In this document: piece by piece, positions 1 to 14,380 of the stretch
Numbering within the stretch: position 1 is the stretch's first letter
How the letters are laid out: each line of letters opens with the position of its first letter
DNA from: Eledone cirrhosa
Taxonomy: Eukaryota
Assembly (NCBI GenBank): GCA_964016885.1
Contig: OZ024742.1
Location: 130,200,001 to 130,264,000 of the forward strand
Direction of reading: 5' to 3'
DNA length: 64,000 nt
Notes under the pieces: model-generated
Told to the model about the DNA's origin: nothing
The model's database searches: none
Seen by the model: the letters and a program-made list of their open reading frames with translations, nothing else
Made by a program: the position numbers and the translations under genes

Positions 1-3000
1 GGTATTATGTCCAGTGCTCCACCAGTTCTAATCCTCCCTCTCTATCACCTTCAAGGTATTATGTCCAGTGCTCCACCAGTTCTAATCCTCCCTCTCTATC
101 ACCTTCAAGGTATTATGTCCAGTGCTCCACCAGTTCTAATCCTCCCTCTCTATCACCTTCAAGATATTATGTCCAGTGCTCCACCAGTTCTAATTCTCCC
201 TCTCTATCACCTTCAAGATATTATGTCCAGTGCTCCACCAGTTCTAATTCTCCCTCTCTATCACCTTCAAGGTATTATGTCCAGTGCTCCACCAGTTCTA
301 ATCCTCCCTCTCTATCACCTTCAAGATATTATGTCCAGTGCTCCACCAGTTCTAATCCTCCCTCTCTATCACCTTCAAGATATTATGTCCAGTGCTCCAC
401 CAGTTCTAATTCTCCCTCTCTATCACCTTCAAGGTATTATGTCCAGTGCTCCACCAGTTCTAATCCGTCCTCTATATCACCTTCAAGATAATATGTCCAG
501 TGCTCCACCAGTTCTAATCCTCCCTCTCTATCACCTTCAAGGTATTATGTCCAGTGCTCCTCAAGTTCTAATTCTCCCTCTCTATCACCTTCAAGGTATT
601 ATGTCCAGTGCTCCACCAGTTCTAATCCTCCCTCTCTATCACCTTCAAGGTATTATGTCCAGTGCTCCACCAGTTCTAATCCTCCCTCTCTATCACCTTC
701 AAGATATTATGTCCAGTGCTCCACCAGTTCTAATTCTCCCTCTCTATCACCTTCAAGGTATTATGTCCAGTGCTCCACCAGTTCTAATTCTCCCTCTCTA
801 TCACCTTCAAGGTATTATGTCCAGTGCTCCACCAGTTCTAATTCTCCCTCTCTATCACCTTCAAGGTATTATGTCCAGTGCTCCACCAGTTCTAATCCTC
901 CCTCTCTATCACCTTCAAGATATTATGTCCAGTGCTCCACCAGTTCTAATCCTCCCTCTCTATCACCTTCAAGGTATTATGTCCAGTGCTCCACCAGTTC
1001 TAATTCTCCCTCTCTATCACCTTCAAGGTATTATGTCCAGTGCTCCACCAGTTCTAATCCTCCCTCTCTATCACCTTCAAGATATTATGTCCAGTGCTCC
1101 ACCAGTTCTAATTCTCCCTCTCTATCACCTTCAAGGTATTATGTCCAGTGCTCCTCAAGTTCTAATTCTCCCTCTCTATCACCTTCAAGGTATTATGTCC
1201 AGTGCTCCACCAGTTCTAATCCTCCCTCTCTATCACCTTCAAGGTATTATGTCCAGTGCTCCACCAGTTCTAATCCTCCCTCTCTATCACCTTCAAGGTA
1301 TTATGTCCAGTGCTCCACCAGTTCTAATCCTCCCTCTCTATCACCTTCAAGATATTATGTCCAGTGCTCCACCAGTTCTAATTCTCCCTCTCTATCACCT
1401 TCAAGATATTATGTCCAGTGCTCCACCAGTTCTAATTCTCCCTCTCTATCACCTTCAAGGTATTATGTCCAGTGCTCCACCAGTTCTAATCCTCCCTCTC
1501 TATCACCTTCAAGATATTATGTCCAGTGCTCCACCAGTTCTAATCCTCCCTCTCTATCACCTTCAAGATATTATGTCCAGTGCTCCACCAGTTCTAATTC
1601 TCCCTCTCTATCACCTTCAAGGTATTATGTCCAGTGCTCCACCAGTTCTAATCCGTCCTCTATATCACCTTCAAGATAATATGTCCAGTGCTCCACCAGT
1701 TCTAATTCTCCCTCTCTATCACCTTCAAGGTATTATGTCCAGTGCTCCTCAAGTTCTAATTCTCCCTCTCTATCACCTTCAAGGTATTATGTCCAGTGCT
1801 CCACCAGTTCTAATCCTCCCTCTCTATCACCTTCAAGGTATTATGTCCAGTGCTCCACCAGTTCTAATCCTCCCTCTCTATCACCTTCAAGGTATTATGT
1901 CCAGTGCTCCACCAGTTCTAATCCTCCCTGTCTATCACCTTCAAGATATTATGTCCAGTGCTCCACCAGTTCTAATCCTCCCTCTCTATCACCTTCAAGG
2001 TATTATGTCCAGTGCTCCACCAGTTCTAATTCTCCCTCTCTATCACCTTCAAGGTATTATGTCCAGTGCTCCACCAGTTCTAATCCTCCCTCTCTATCAC
2101 CTTCAAGATATTATGTCCAGTGCTCCACCAGTTCTAATCCTCCCTCTCTATCACCTTCAAGATATTATGTCCAGTGCTCCACCAGTTCTAATTCTCCCTC
2201 TCTATCACCTTCAAGGTATTATGTCCAGTGCTCCACCAGTTCTAATCCTCCCTCTCTATCACCTTCAAGGTATTATGTCCAGTGCTCCACCAGTTCTAAT
2301 CCTCCCTCTCTATCACCTTCAAGGTATTATGTCCAGTGCTCCACCAGTTCTAATCCTCCCTCTCTATCACCTTCAAGATATTATGTCCAGTGCTCCACCA
2401 GTTCTAATCCTCCCTCTCTATCACCTTCAAGGTATTATGTCCAGTGCTCCACCAGTTCTAATTCTCCCTCTCTATCTCCTTCAAGGTATTATGTCCAGTG
2501 CTCCACCAGTTCTAATCCTCCCTCTCTATCACCTGCAAGGTATTATGTCCAGTGCTCCACCAGTTCTAATTCTCCCTCTCTATCACCTTCAAGATATTAT
2601 GTCCAGTGCTCCACCAGTTCTAATCCTCCCTCTCTATCACCTTCAACATATTATGTCCAGTGCTCCACCAGTTCTAATTCTCCCTCTCTATCACCTTCAA
2701 GGTATTATGTCCAGTGCTCCACCAGTTCTAATTCTCCCTCTATCACCTTCAAGGTATTATGTCCAGTGCTCCACCAGTTCTAATTCTCCCTCTATCACCT
2801 TCAAGATATTATGTCCAGTGCTCCACCAGTTCTAATTCTCCCTCTCTATCACCTTCAAGATATTATGTCCAGTGCTCCACCAGTTCTAATTCTCCCTCTC
2901 TATCACCTTCAAGGTATTATGTCCAGTGCTCCACCAGTTCTAATCCTCCCTCTCTATCACCTTCAAGATATTATGTCCAGTGCTCCACCAGTTCTAATCC

Positions 3001-6000
3001 TCCCTCTCTATCACCTTCAAGATATTATGTCCAGTGCTCCACCAGTTCTAATTCTCCCTCTCTATCACCTTCAAGGTATTATGTCCAGTGCTCCACCAGT
3101 TCTAATCCGTCCTCTATATCACCTTCAAGATAATATGTCCAGTGCTCCACCAGTTCTAATTCTCCCTCTCTATCACCTTCAAGGTATTATGTCCAGTGCT
3201 CCTCAAGTTCTAATTCTCCCTCTCTATCACCTTCAAGGTATTATGTCCAGTGCTCCACCAGTTCTAATCCTCCCTCTCTATCACCTTCAAGGTATTATGT
3301 CCAGTGCTCCACCAGTTCTAATCCTCCCTCTCTATCACCTTCAAGGTATTATGTCCAGTGCTCCACCAGTTCTAATCCTCCCTCTCTATCACCTTCAAGA
3401 TATTATGTCCAGTGCTCCACCAGTTCTAATCCTCCCTCTCTATCACCTTCAAGGTATTATGTCCAGTGCTCCACCAGTTCTAATTCTCCCTCTCTATCAC
3501 CTTCAAGGTATTATGTCCAGTGCTCCACCAGTTCTAATCCTCCCTCTCTATCACCTTCAAGATATTATGTCCAGTGCTCCACCAGTTCTAATCCTCCCTC
3601 TCTATCACCTTCAAGATATTATGTCCAGTGCTCCACCAGTTCTAATTCTTCCTCTCTATCACCTTCAAGGTATTATGTCCAGTGCTCCACCAGTTCTAAT
3701 CCTCCCTCTCTATCACCTTCAAGGTATTATGTCCAGTGCTCCACCAGTTCTAATCCTCCCTCTCTATCACCTTCAAGGTATTATGTCCAGTGCTCCACCA
3801 GTTCTAATCCTCCCTCTCTATCACCTTCAAGATATTATGTCCAGTGCTCCACCAGTTCTAATCCTCCCTCTCTATCACCTTCAAGGTATTATGTCCAGTG
3901 CTCCACCAGTTCTAATTCTCCCTCTCTATCTCCTTCAAGGTATTATGTCCAGTGCTCCACCAGTTCTAATCCTCCCTCTCTATCACCTGCAAGGTATTAT
4001 GTCCAGTGCTCCACCAGTTCTAATTCTCCCTCTCTATCACCTTCAAGATATTATGTCCAGTGCTCCACCAGTTCTAATCCTCCCTCTCTATCACCTTCAA
4101 CATATTATGTCCAGTGCTCCACCAGTTCTAATTCTCCCTCTCTATCACCTTCAAGGTATTATGTCCAGTGCTCCACCAGTTCTAATTCTCCCTCTATCAC
4201 CTTCAAGGTATTATGTCCAGTGCTCCACCAGTTCTAATCCTCCCTCTCTATCACCTTCAAGATATTATGTCCAGTGCTCCACCAGTTCTAATTCTCCCTC
4301 TCTATCACCTTCAAGGTATTATGTCCAGTGCTCCACCAGTTCTAATCCTCCCTCTCTATCACCTTCAAGATATTATGTCCAGTGCTCCACCAGTTCTAAT
4401 CCTCCCTCTCTATCACCTTCAAGGTATTATGTCCAGTGCTCCACCAGTTCTAATTCTCCCTCTCTATCTCCTTCAAGGTATTATGTCCAGTGTTCCACCA
4501 GTTCTAATTCTCCCTCTCTATCACCTTCAAGATATTATGTCCAGTGCTCCACCAGTTCTAATCCTCCCTCTCTATCACCTTCAAGATATTATGTCCAGTG
4601 CTCCACCAGTTCTAACCCTCCCTCTCTATCACCTTCAAGGTATTATGTCCAGTGTTCCACCAGTTCTAATTCTCCCTCTCTATCACCTTCAAGATATTAT
4701 GTCCAGTGCTCCACCAGTTCTAATCCTCCCTCTCTATCACCTTCAAGATATTATGTCCAGTGCTCCACCAGTTCTAACCCTCCCTCTCTATCACCTTCAA
4801 GATATTATGTCCAGTGCTCCACCAGTTCTAATCCTCCCTCTCTATCACCTTCAAGGTATTATGTCCAGTGCTCCACCAGTTCTAATTCTCCCTCTATCAC
4901 CTTCAAGGTATTATGTCCAGTGCTCCACCAGTTCTAATCCTCCCTCTCTATCACCTTCAACATATGTCCAGTGCTCCACCAGTTCTAATTCTCCCTCTCT
5001 ATCACCTTCAAGATATTATGTCCAGTGCTCCACCAGTTCTAATTCTCCCTCTCTATCACCTTCAAGATATTATGTCCAGTGCTCCACCAGTTCTAATCCT
5101 CCCTCTCTATCACCTTCAAGATATTATGTCCAGTGCTCCACCAGTTCTAATTCTCCCTCTCTATCACCAAGGTATTATGTTCAGTGCTCCACCAGTTCTA
5201 ATCCTCCCTCTCTATCACCTTCAAGGTATTATGTTCAGTGCTCCACCAGTTCTAATCCTCCCTCTCTATCACCTTCAAGATATTATGTCCAGTGCTCCAC
5301 CAGTTCTAATTCTCCCTCTCTATCACCAAGGTATTATGTTCAGTGCTCCACCAGTTCTAATCCTCCCTCTCTATCACCTTCAAGGTATTATGTTCAGTGC
5401 TCCACCAGTTCTAATCCTCCCTCTCTATCACCTTCAAGATATTATGTCCAGTGCTCCACCAGTTCTAACTCTCCCTCTCTATCACCTTCAAGGTATTATG
5501 TCCAGTGCTCCACCAGTTCTAATTCTCCCTCTCTATCACCTTCAAGGTATTATGTCCAGTGCTCCACCAGTTCTAATCCTCCCTCTCTATCACCTTCAAG
5601 GTATTATGTCCAGTGCTCCACCAGTTCTAATCCTCCCTCTCTATCACCTTCAAGGTATTATGTCCAGTGCTCCAGCAGTTCTAATCCTCCCTCTCTATCA
5701 CCTTCAAGGTATTATGTCCAGTGCTCCACCAGTTCTAACCCTCCCTCTCTATCACCTTCAAGGTATTATGTCCAGTGCTCCACCAGTTCTAATCCTCCCT
5801 CTATATCACCTTCAAGATATTATGTCCAGTGCTCCACCAGTTCTAATCCTCCCTCTCTATCACCTTCAAGGTATTATGTCCAGTGCTCCACCAGTTCTAA
5901 TCCTCCCTCTCTATCACCTTCAAGGTATTATGTCCAGTGCTCCACCAGTTCTAATTCTCCCTCTCTATCACCTTCAAGATATTATGTCCAGTGCTCCACC

Positions 6001-9000
6001 AGTTCTAATCCTCCCTCTCTATCACCTTCAAGGTATTATGTCCAGTGCTCCACCAGTTCTAACCCTCCCTCTCTATCACCTTCAAGATATTATGTCCAGT
6101 GCTCCACCAGTTCTAATCCTACCTCTCTATCACCTTCAAGGTATTATGTCCAGTGCTCCACCAGTTCTAATCCTCCCTCTCTATCACCTTCAAGGTATTA
6201 TGTCCAGTGCTCCACCAGTTCTAATCATCCCTCTCTATCACCTTCAAGGTATTATGTCCAGTGCTCCACCAGTTCTAATCATCCCTCTCTATCACCTTCA
6301 AGATATTATGTCCAATGCTCCACCAGTTCTAATTCTCCCTCTCTATCACCTTCAAGATATTATGTCCAGTGCTCCACCAGTTCTAATCCTCCCTCTCTAT
6401 CACCTTCAAGGTATTATGTCCAGTGCTCCACCAGTTCTAATCCTCCCTCTCTATCACCTTCAACATATTATGTCCAGTGCTCCACCAGTTCTAATCCTCC
6501 CTCTCTATCACCATCAACATATTATGTCCAGTGCTCCACCAGTTCTAATCCTCCCTCTCTATCACCATCAACATATTATGTCCAGTGCTCCACCAGTTCT
6601 AATCCTCCCTCTCTATCACCTTCAAGGTATTATGTCCAGTGCTCCACCAGTTCTAATTCTCCCTCTCTATCACCTTCAACATATTATGTCCAGTGCTCCA
6701 CCAGTTCTAATTCTCCCTCTCTATCACCTTCAAGGTATTATGTCCAGTGCTCCACCAGTTCTAATTCTCCCTCTCTATCACCTTCAACATATTATGTCCA
6801 GTGCTCCACCAGTTCTAATTCTCCCTCTCTATCACCTTCAAGGTATTATGTCCAGTGCTCCACCAGTTCTAATCCTCCCTCTCTATCACCTTCAAGGTAT
6901 TATGTCCAGTGCTCCACCAGTTCTAATTCTCCCTCTCTATCACCTTCAACATATTATGTCCAGTGCTCCACCAGTTCTAATTCTCCCTCTCTATCACCTT
7001 CAAGGTATTATGTCCAGTGCTCCACCAGTTCTAATTCTCCCTCTCTATCACCTTCAACATATTATGTCCAGTGCTCCACCAGTTCTAATCCTCCCTCTCT
7101 ATCACCTTCAAGATATTATGTCCAGTGCTCCACCAGTTCTAATTCTCCCTCTCTATCACCTTCAAGGTATTATGTCCAGTGCTCCACCAGTTCTAATTCT
7201 CCCTCTCTATCACCTTCAAGATATTATGTCCAGTGCTCCACCAGTTCTAATCCTCCCTCTCTATCACCTTCAAGATATTATGTCCAGTGCTCCACCAGTT
7301 CTAATCCTCCCTCTCTATCACCTTCAAGGTATTATGTCCAGTGCTCCACCAGTTCTAATTCTCCCTCTCTATCACCTTCAAGGTATTATGTCCAGTGCTC
7401 CACCAGTTCTAATTCTCCCTCTCTATCACCTTCAAGGTATTATGTCCAGTGCTCCACCAGTTCTAATCCTCCCTCTCTATCACCTTCAAGATATTATGTC
7501 CAGTGCTCCACCAGTTCTAATCCTCCCTCTCTATCACCTTCAAGGTATTATGTCCAGTGCTCCACCAGTTCTAATTCTCCCTCTCTATCACCTTCAAGGT
7601 ATTATGTCCAGTGCTCCACCAGTTCTAATCCTCCCTCTCTATCACCTTCAAGGTATCATGTCCAGTGCTCCACCAGTTCTAATCCGTCCTCTATATCACC
7701 TTCAAGATAATATGTCCAGTGCTCCACCAGTTCTAATCCTCCCTCTCTATCACCTTCAAGGTATTATGTCCAGTGCTCCACCAGTTCTAATCCTCCCTCT
7801 ATCACCTTCAAGGTATTATGTCCAGTGCTCCACCAGTTCTAATCCTCCCTCTCTATTACCTTCAAGGTATTATGTCCAGTGCTCCACCAGTTCTAATTCT
7901 CCCTCTCTATCACCTTCAAGGTATTATGTCCAGTGCTCCACCAGTTCTAATTCTCCCTCTCTATCACCTTCAACATATTATGTCCAGTGCTCCACCAGTT
8001 CTAATTCTCCCTCTCTATCACCTTCAAGGTATTATGTCCAGTGCTCCACCAGTTCTAATCCTCCCTCTCTATCACCTTCAAGGTATTATGTCCAGTGCTC
8101 CACCAGTTCTAATTCTCCCTCTCTATCACCTTCAACATATTATGTCCAGTGCTCCACCAGTTCTAATTCTCCCTCTCTATCACCTTCAAGGTATTATGTC
8201 CAGTGCTCCACCAGTTCTAATTCTCCCTCTCTATCACCTTCAACATATTATGTCCAGTGCTCCACCAGTTCTAATCCTCCCTCTCTATCACCTTCAAGGT
8301 ATTATGTCCAGTGCTCCACCAGTTCTAGTCCTCCCTCTCTATCACCTTCAAGGTATTATGTCCAGTGCTCCACCAGTTCTAATTCTCCCTCTCTATCACC
8401 TTCAAGATATTATGTCCAGTGCTCCACCAGTTCTAATTCTCCCTCTCTATCTCCTTCAAGGTATTATGTCCAGTGCTCCACCAGTTCTAATTCTCCCTCT
8501 CTATCTCCTTCAAGGTATTATGTCCAGTGCTCCACCAGTTCTAATCCTCCCTCTCTATCACCTTCAAGGTATTATGTCCAGTGCTCCACCAGTTCTAATC
8601 CTCCCTCTATATCACCTTCAAGGTATTATGTCCAGTGCTCCACCAGTTCTAATCCTCCCTCTATATCACCTTCAAGGTATTATGTCCAGTGCTCCACCAG
8701 TTCTAATTCTCCCTCTCTATCACCTTCAAGGTATTATGTCCAGTGCTCCACCAGTTCTAATTCTCCCTCTATCACCTTCAACATATTATTCCAGTGCTCC
8801 ACCAGTTCTAATCCTCCCTCTCTATCACCTTCAACATATTATGTCCAATGCTCCACCAGTTCTAATACTCCCTCTCTATCACCTTCAAGGTATTATGTCC
8901 AGTGCTCCACCAGTTCTAATTCTCCCTCTCTATCACCTTCAAGGTATTATGTCCAGTGCTCCACCAGTTCTAATTCTCCCTCTATCACCTTCAACATATT

Positions 9001-9330
9001 ATTCCAGTGCTCCACCAGTTCTAATCCTCCCTCTCTATCACCTTCAACATATTATGTCCAATGCTCCACCAGTTCTAATACTCCCTCTCTATCACCTTCA
9101 AGGTATTATGTCCAGTGCTCCACCAGTTCTAATTCTCCCTCTATATCACCTTCAAGGTATTATGTCCAGTGCTCCACCAGTTCTAATCCTCCCTCTCTAT
9201 CACCTTCAAGATATTATGTCCAGTGCTCCACCAGTTATAATCCTCCCTCTCTATCACCTTCAAGATATTATGTCCAGTGCTCCACCAGTTCTAATCCTCC
9301 CTCTCTATCACCTTCAAGATATTATGTCCA
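1..9330. repeat. 54-bp tandem repeat (minisatellite/satellite), ~170 units, open at window start
   Basis: Unit GGTATTATGTCCAGTGCTCCACCAGTTCTAATCCTCCCTCTCTATCACCTTCAA with a few variable sites and occasional 2-3 bp deletions. It decays into GATATTATGTCCA sub-repeats at 9320-9380. Confidence 0.98.
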
Positions 9331-9426
9331 GATATTTCCAAGATATTATGTCCAGATATTATGTCCAAGATATTTTGTCTGGTTCTCTACCGATTTTGAC
9401 AATCCACAAAATAATATTTATAATAG

Positions 9427-9535
9427 TAATTGTTTCTACTTTAGGCACAAGGCCAGCAATTATCCCAGTGCATTACTGGTACTTTATTTTATCGACCCCG
9501 TAAGGTTGAAAGGCAAAGTCAACCTCGGCGGGATT
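9427..9535 (-). mobile_element. tRNA-derived SINE family 1, 3' part
   Basis: GGCACAAGGCCAGCAATT...ATCGACCCCGTAAGG..GAAAGGCAAAGTCAACCTCGGCGGGATT, shared with the copies at 14.2, 18.5, 47.0 and 50.8 kb. Confidence 0.8.
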
Positions 9536-9638
9536 AATAATGATAATAATTTCTCTATATTTACCCAATAACAAAAATGAAATGTTAAAATACAGTTTGG
9601 ACCGAGTAAAAAAAAATTATAATTATATATATATATAT

Positions 9639-9906
9639 GGCCGAAACAAATGAGATCGTGTAGGTGTCACGACAAAAAAACACACAGTCCACGCTGTAAT
9701 GTGGCCGTGTAGGCAACACGGTAAAAACCTCCCAGACCCACACTGTAAATGTGGTTGGTGTTAGGAAGGGCATCCAACTGTAGAAAACCTGCCAGACAGT
9801 CCTATGCGAGCAAGACAATCACTCTTGCCTCAAGTGGGACTACCCCCGTCCAAACCCATGCAAGCGTGGAACACGGACGTTAAACGTTGATGATGATGAT
9901 GATGAT
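9639..9906 (+). mobile_element. RTE LINE family A, 3' UTR only, (GAT)n tail
   Basis: Essentially identical to 33983-34251 and 45184-45443; starts in a (TA)n run. Confidence 0.92.
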
Positions 9907-9917
9907 ATATATATATA

Positions 9918-10122
9918 ATCACTGTATTACGGCCATTCTTCCACGCTAGCATGGGTTAGACGGGTTGTCCTGTTGTGGGCAGTCCCTGGTCGGCTGACCA
10001 TGTCTTGCTTATACGGGAACTGATTCTGGCTTGATTTCTACAGCTGGATGCCCTTCCTAACACCAACCTCATTTACAGTGAGTGCTGGGTGCTTTTTTGC
10101 CGTGGCGCCTACACGTCTACTT
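9918..10122 (-). mobile_element. RTE LINE family B, 3' UTR, tail-to-tail with the family A copy
   Basis: Closely matches 34363-34562, the 3' UTR of the minus-strand RTE. Confidence 0.88.
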
Positions 10123-12099
10123 TATCATCATCATCACTATTTAGAGTCTATTTTTCCATGCTTGCATAGGTTATATATAAACACACACACACACAACCAG
10201 ACAAACAATTCTAATAATATATACTAAACACTGTTATCAAATTCTATGGCACAAATATACACAAAACTACATTAAACGTACATAAATACTAATAATATAA
10301 CAACAACAATAAAATAGCAACATTTCTTCTGTTAATCAGAATAGGATTTGAAAAGAAAAATACTTTTTAATGGTGAATATTATTTATTTACTAAATTATT
10401 TACTTGTTATTTATTATCATCATCATCACCATCATTATTATTATTATTAGCATAATTATATTTTTTTTTCGTTTTAGTAATAAGTTTCTTCTTTTCCTTT
10501 TATAAAACAAAAATATATCTTCTCTTTGAAAAATAATTCCACTTCCATTCAATCAATAAAGTTTTATAATGTAATATAATTAATAATTCGAATGCAAGAA
10601 TTTTCAAGATTTTTCTAGATAGAGAATGAAAGAAATGTGATGAAAACTAAAAATTGCTACATCATTTATAAATTTATATCAACAGCGCACCAAAGACCTA
10701 TGAATAGTTCATTACATCAAAGTTTCATTTAGATGTTTTCTTGAATAGTGAAATAACAAACCTCGGACATAAGGAAAAATATAAATAAATAAGAAAAATA
10801 TCAAATATTAAAATAATTCCAAATACATCAGGGCTAACCATTTATGATTGTTTGTTTTTTTTCTCTTTTATATAAACTTTGATTTTTTTTTTTTTTTTTT
10901 TTTTAATTTTGTTATTTTATTCAGTGAATGAAATAATTGAAGTTTTGGAAATTCTTACTAAAAGTTTTGAAATGTTAATATGTTGTTAGTTTTGAATTTA
11001 GAAAACTAAGAATTTGTTGTATTTTTTGTTGGTTTGTTTATTTTCATTTCTTGTCTTTTTTTTTTCTTTTTTTTTCTTTTTTTTGTTATCTGTGATTTAA
11101 CTCTATTGATATCAATCGACCCAAAACTACCTTTGGTTTTATGAAACAAAAGCACCCATTTTACAGGGTTCCACTATAACTTTATAAATGAACCTTTTAT
11201 TTTATTTTGCATCTGTATTTATGTTCCTTATCTTAGCAATTCAACAAAAATACCTTGATAAATTACCAGTGTTTATACTACAATAAAATGTATCCAGTAC
11301 ACCCTGTAAAGTGTTTGGTGATAAGAAGGGCAACCAGCCATAAAAAAAAAGGTAGAGAAGACTTTTCAGTTGTGTATAAAACATGACAACCTCTCTAGAG
11401 CTGGTAGCATGATAAAATGCACCTGGTACACTGTGGTGTACTGAAACGTATGTAAGCAAGATGTAACCCACTGGCCCATCTGAGAGGTCAGTGGCTCTGG
11501 CTAAGTACTGACTTCATTTTTAATGACCTGTCCAGATCTTACTAGCAGGAGGAAAAAATGCCATATGATGAGGAGGAGGATTTAAAAATATAAATACTTG
11601 GGTTGATTTGATTAACTAAATTCCTTTAAGGCCATACCCAAGCATGGACAGTCTTATGACTTAAACCTGTAAAAGAATAAAACACCACCACCTTGGTTTT
11701 ATCTTATACAGTTTATCTTATATCATCTGTAAACCTTGTATTTCTCTCTCCAAAGGATTAAATGTCAAACAAGCTTACAATATATTCTTCATTCCAATTT
11801 CACCATAATCTTGTATGTTACCTTATATTCTTCTCAGACCTGTCATTTTCAGCAAAAGTTTCTAACTTGGAACATTAAATAAACATTAACTAATCCCTAA
11901 TGTTAGAATTTGTAATGCTGGAAACATTTTTGTTGTTGTTGAAAGATTGATTTTTTCAATTTATTTATTGATTTATTTACATTGATATTTTAATCTTTTA
12001 TTCCTTGATTTATTTATTTTACTTTTATTCAATTAAAAATAATAAAATCCAATTTAGGAATTATCTTCAACAAAAAAATAAATAAATAAATATTTATAC

Positions 12100-12912
12100 T
12101 ATCAACACCAACACCACCAAGAACAACATCAACACCACCACCAACAACGCCAACAACACCACCACCAACGCCAACAACACCACCAACAACACCACCAACA
12201 CCAACACCACCAACACCACCAACAACGCCAACAACACCACCACCACCAACACCACCAACACCAACAACACCACCACCACCAACACCACCAACACCCCCAA
12301 GAACAACATCAATACCACCAACAACATCAACACCACCACCAACAACGCCAACAACACCAACAAGAACAACATCAACACCACCACAACAACGCCAACAACA
12401 CCACCACCAACAATGCCAACAACACCAACAACAATGCCAACAACACCACCACCACCAATGCCAACAACACCACCAACACCAACGCCAACAACACCACCAA
12501 CACCAACACCAACAACACCACCAACAACAACATCAACACCACCAACAACATCAACACCACCACCAACAACGCCAACAACAACATCAACATCACCACCAAC
12601 ACCACCAACAACAACGCCAACAACATCAACATCAACATCACCACCAAGAACAACATCAACAACGCCAACAACATCAACACCACCACCAACAACGCCAACA
12701 ACAACAACACCAACACCAACACCACCACCAAGAACAACATCACCAACAACAACACTACTACCACCAACATCACTAACGCCACCACAAACAACAACACTAC
12801 CACCAACAACACAACAACATTACTCCCAACAACAACACCACCAACAACAACACCAACACCACCCCCAACAACACCATCACAAACAACAACAACAACAACA
12901 CTACTACTACTA
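12100..12912. repeat. Degenerate (CAA/CAC)n trinucleotide-derived low-complexity repeat
   Basis: ccaacaacaccaccaacaac variants ending in (CAA)n(CTA)n. Confidence 0.9.
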
Positions 12913-14206
12913 CAGCTCCATTTACCTATAATTGATTTTCAAAATAGAACAATGAAGAAACAAATAAATGAAATTTAAAAAGTAACATAATAGAAATTAA
13001 AACAAAATATATATATATATATATAAAAGATACAAAATAAAGAAAAAAAAAAAATTCTTTTTTCATGGATTCCATTCCATTTCACCAAATTCTTGAATAA
13101 ACAGTAAAAGGCATGCTAATAATCTTAGAAGAAAAGATTGTAAATGCAGATCTAGAGATCTAGATAAGCATGTTGATTCCATTCTGTGTAGTGCCGTGGA
13201 GTTTTATTATTTTAGCTTAGCTATTCTGACGATTTGTAAGAATCTCTTGGTATTCCTGAAATTCATTCTTATCTTTTAGCTTAAGCTGATCTTTATTCAA
13301 ATTAGGTAAAAAAAAATCTTTATCTTTAGTATTACTGGGTTTCTTCTCCTTCCTGTTCCCCTTTTCTTCTTCTCCTCTTCTACTTTACTCTTCTTTTTCT
13401 TCTCCTCCTTCCCCTTCTCTTCTTTATTGTTTTACCTAACATAGTAAGATGTGTAACTTATCACTCCAAAGAATTTGAATTTTTTCAAACAAGAATTTTC
13501 TATTTTAAACATTACCTGTTAAGCTTCAATTTAATTTAGTGATATTCAAAAGGAGTGATAAATCTTGATAGAAAATGAATACACTAATTCTTCTGTATAA
13601 CTCTTTGTCTACTACTCCAATGGTCTCTGCTCATTTGATCTAGTAAGATAAATATCAACTCTGCTCAAATTCATTTGAAGTACATGCCTTTCTTTGTTTT
13701 ATTCTTCCTGGTATGTTTCACACCCACTTGCCACAACATTCAACTCCATCACGTACTAAACATTTTGTTGCTAGAAATGTGAGCTTTCTGGAATTCACTT
13801 CATGCCCACATGTTTGCCATCTTCCCCACAGATGCTCACCTACAGAATCTTCTTCAACCAAAACAACAGCCACACGGCCATTTTCCTCTGTTAAAGCATG
13901 GGTTAGCCTAGTGAATCGTATGAAAAGCTTCATGCACCTCACAGAGTCCTTTTTGAAGCAATGTTTTTCAGCCAGATGCCCTTCTAGTCACCTCCTATGA
14001 TACACGAGAATATGGTGAACCTATTCTAAACTAGATCTACACAGCCACACATCAAGCAAATCTGCACCATTGACAAGTAGCAATCCTGGAACACTTCCAG
14101 TTTGTAAACTCAATGATCCAGTAGAAATATAAAGATTCCCTAAGTACATCTGCCAGAAATATGGTCATGGGAAGCCCCTATAATTCACTGGATTGTTGGT
14201 GTCATG

Positions 14207-14380
14207 GTGGATTGGCAGTATCGGACACCATGCTTTGTAGCATAGAATTATGGCCCTTGCCATTCTGAGTTCAAATCCCGCTGAGGTTAACTTTGCCTTT
14301 CATCCTTACGGGGTCAATAAAATAAAGTACCAGTAATGTACTGGGTAATTGCTGGCCTTGTGCCAAAACTAGAAACAATT
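14207..14380 (+). mobile_element. tRNA-derived SINE family 1, near full length
   Basis: A-box-like GGTGGATTGGCAGTATCGG, B-box GAGTTCAAATCC, central GCCTTTCATCCTTACGGGGTC..TAAAATAAAGTACCAG domain. Confidence 0.85.

Noticed and set aside
1-9330. CRISPR-like array
   Set aside because: Units are contiguous with no unique spacers, there are no cas genes, and the context is eukaryotic.
7-9571. Long ORFs of MSSAPPVLILPLYHLQGI / SPSRYYVQCSTSSN repeats
   Set aside because: By-product of a 54-bp unit lacking stops in two frames; tolerated 2-bp deletions switch frames, so there is no sign of coding constraint.
11822-11865. Possible next minus-strand exon (LETFAENDRSEKNI, aag/GTAACA)
   Set aside because: Phase-compatible with exon 2 but no recognisable IQCG similarity and a weak acceptor; needs RNA data.
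12094-12931. Mucin-like Thr/Pro or Val/Leu-rich ORFs
   Set aside because: Translations of a CAA/CAC simple repeat; no convincing splice or start context.
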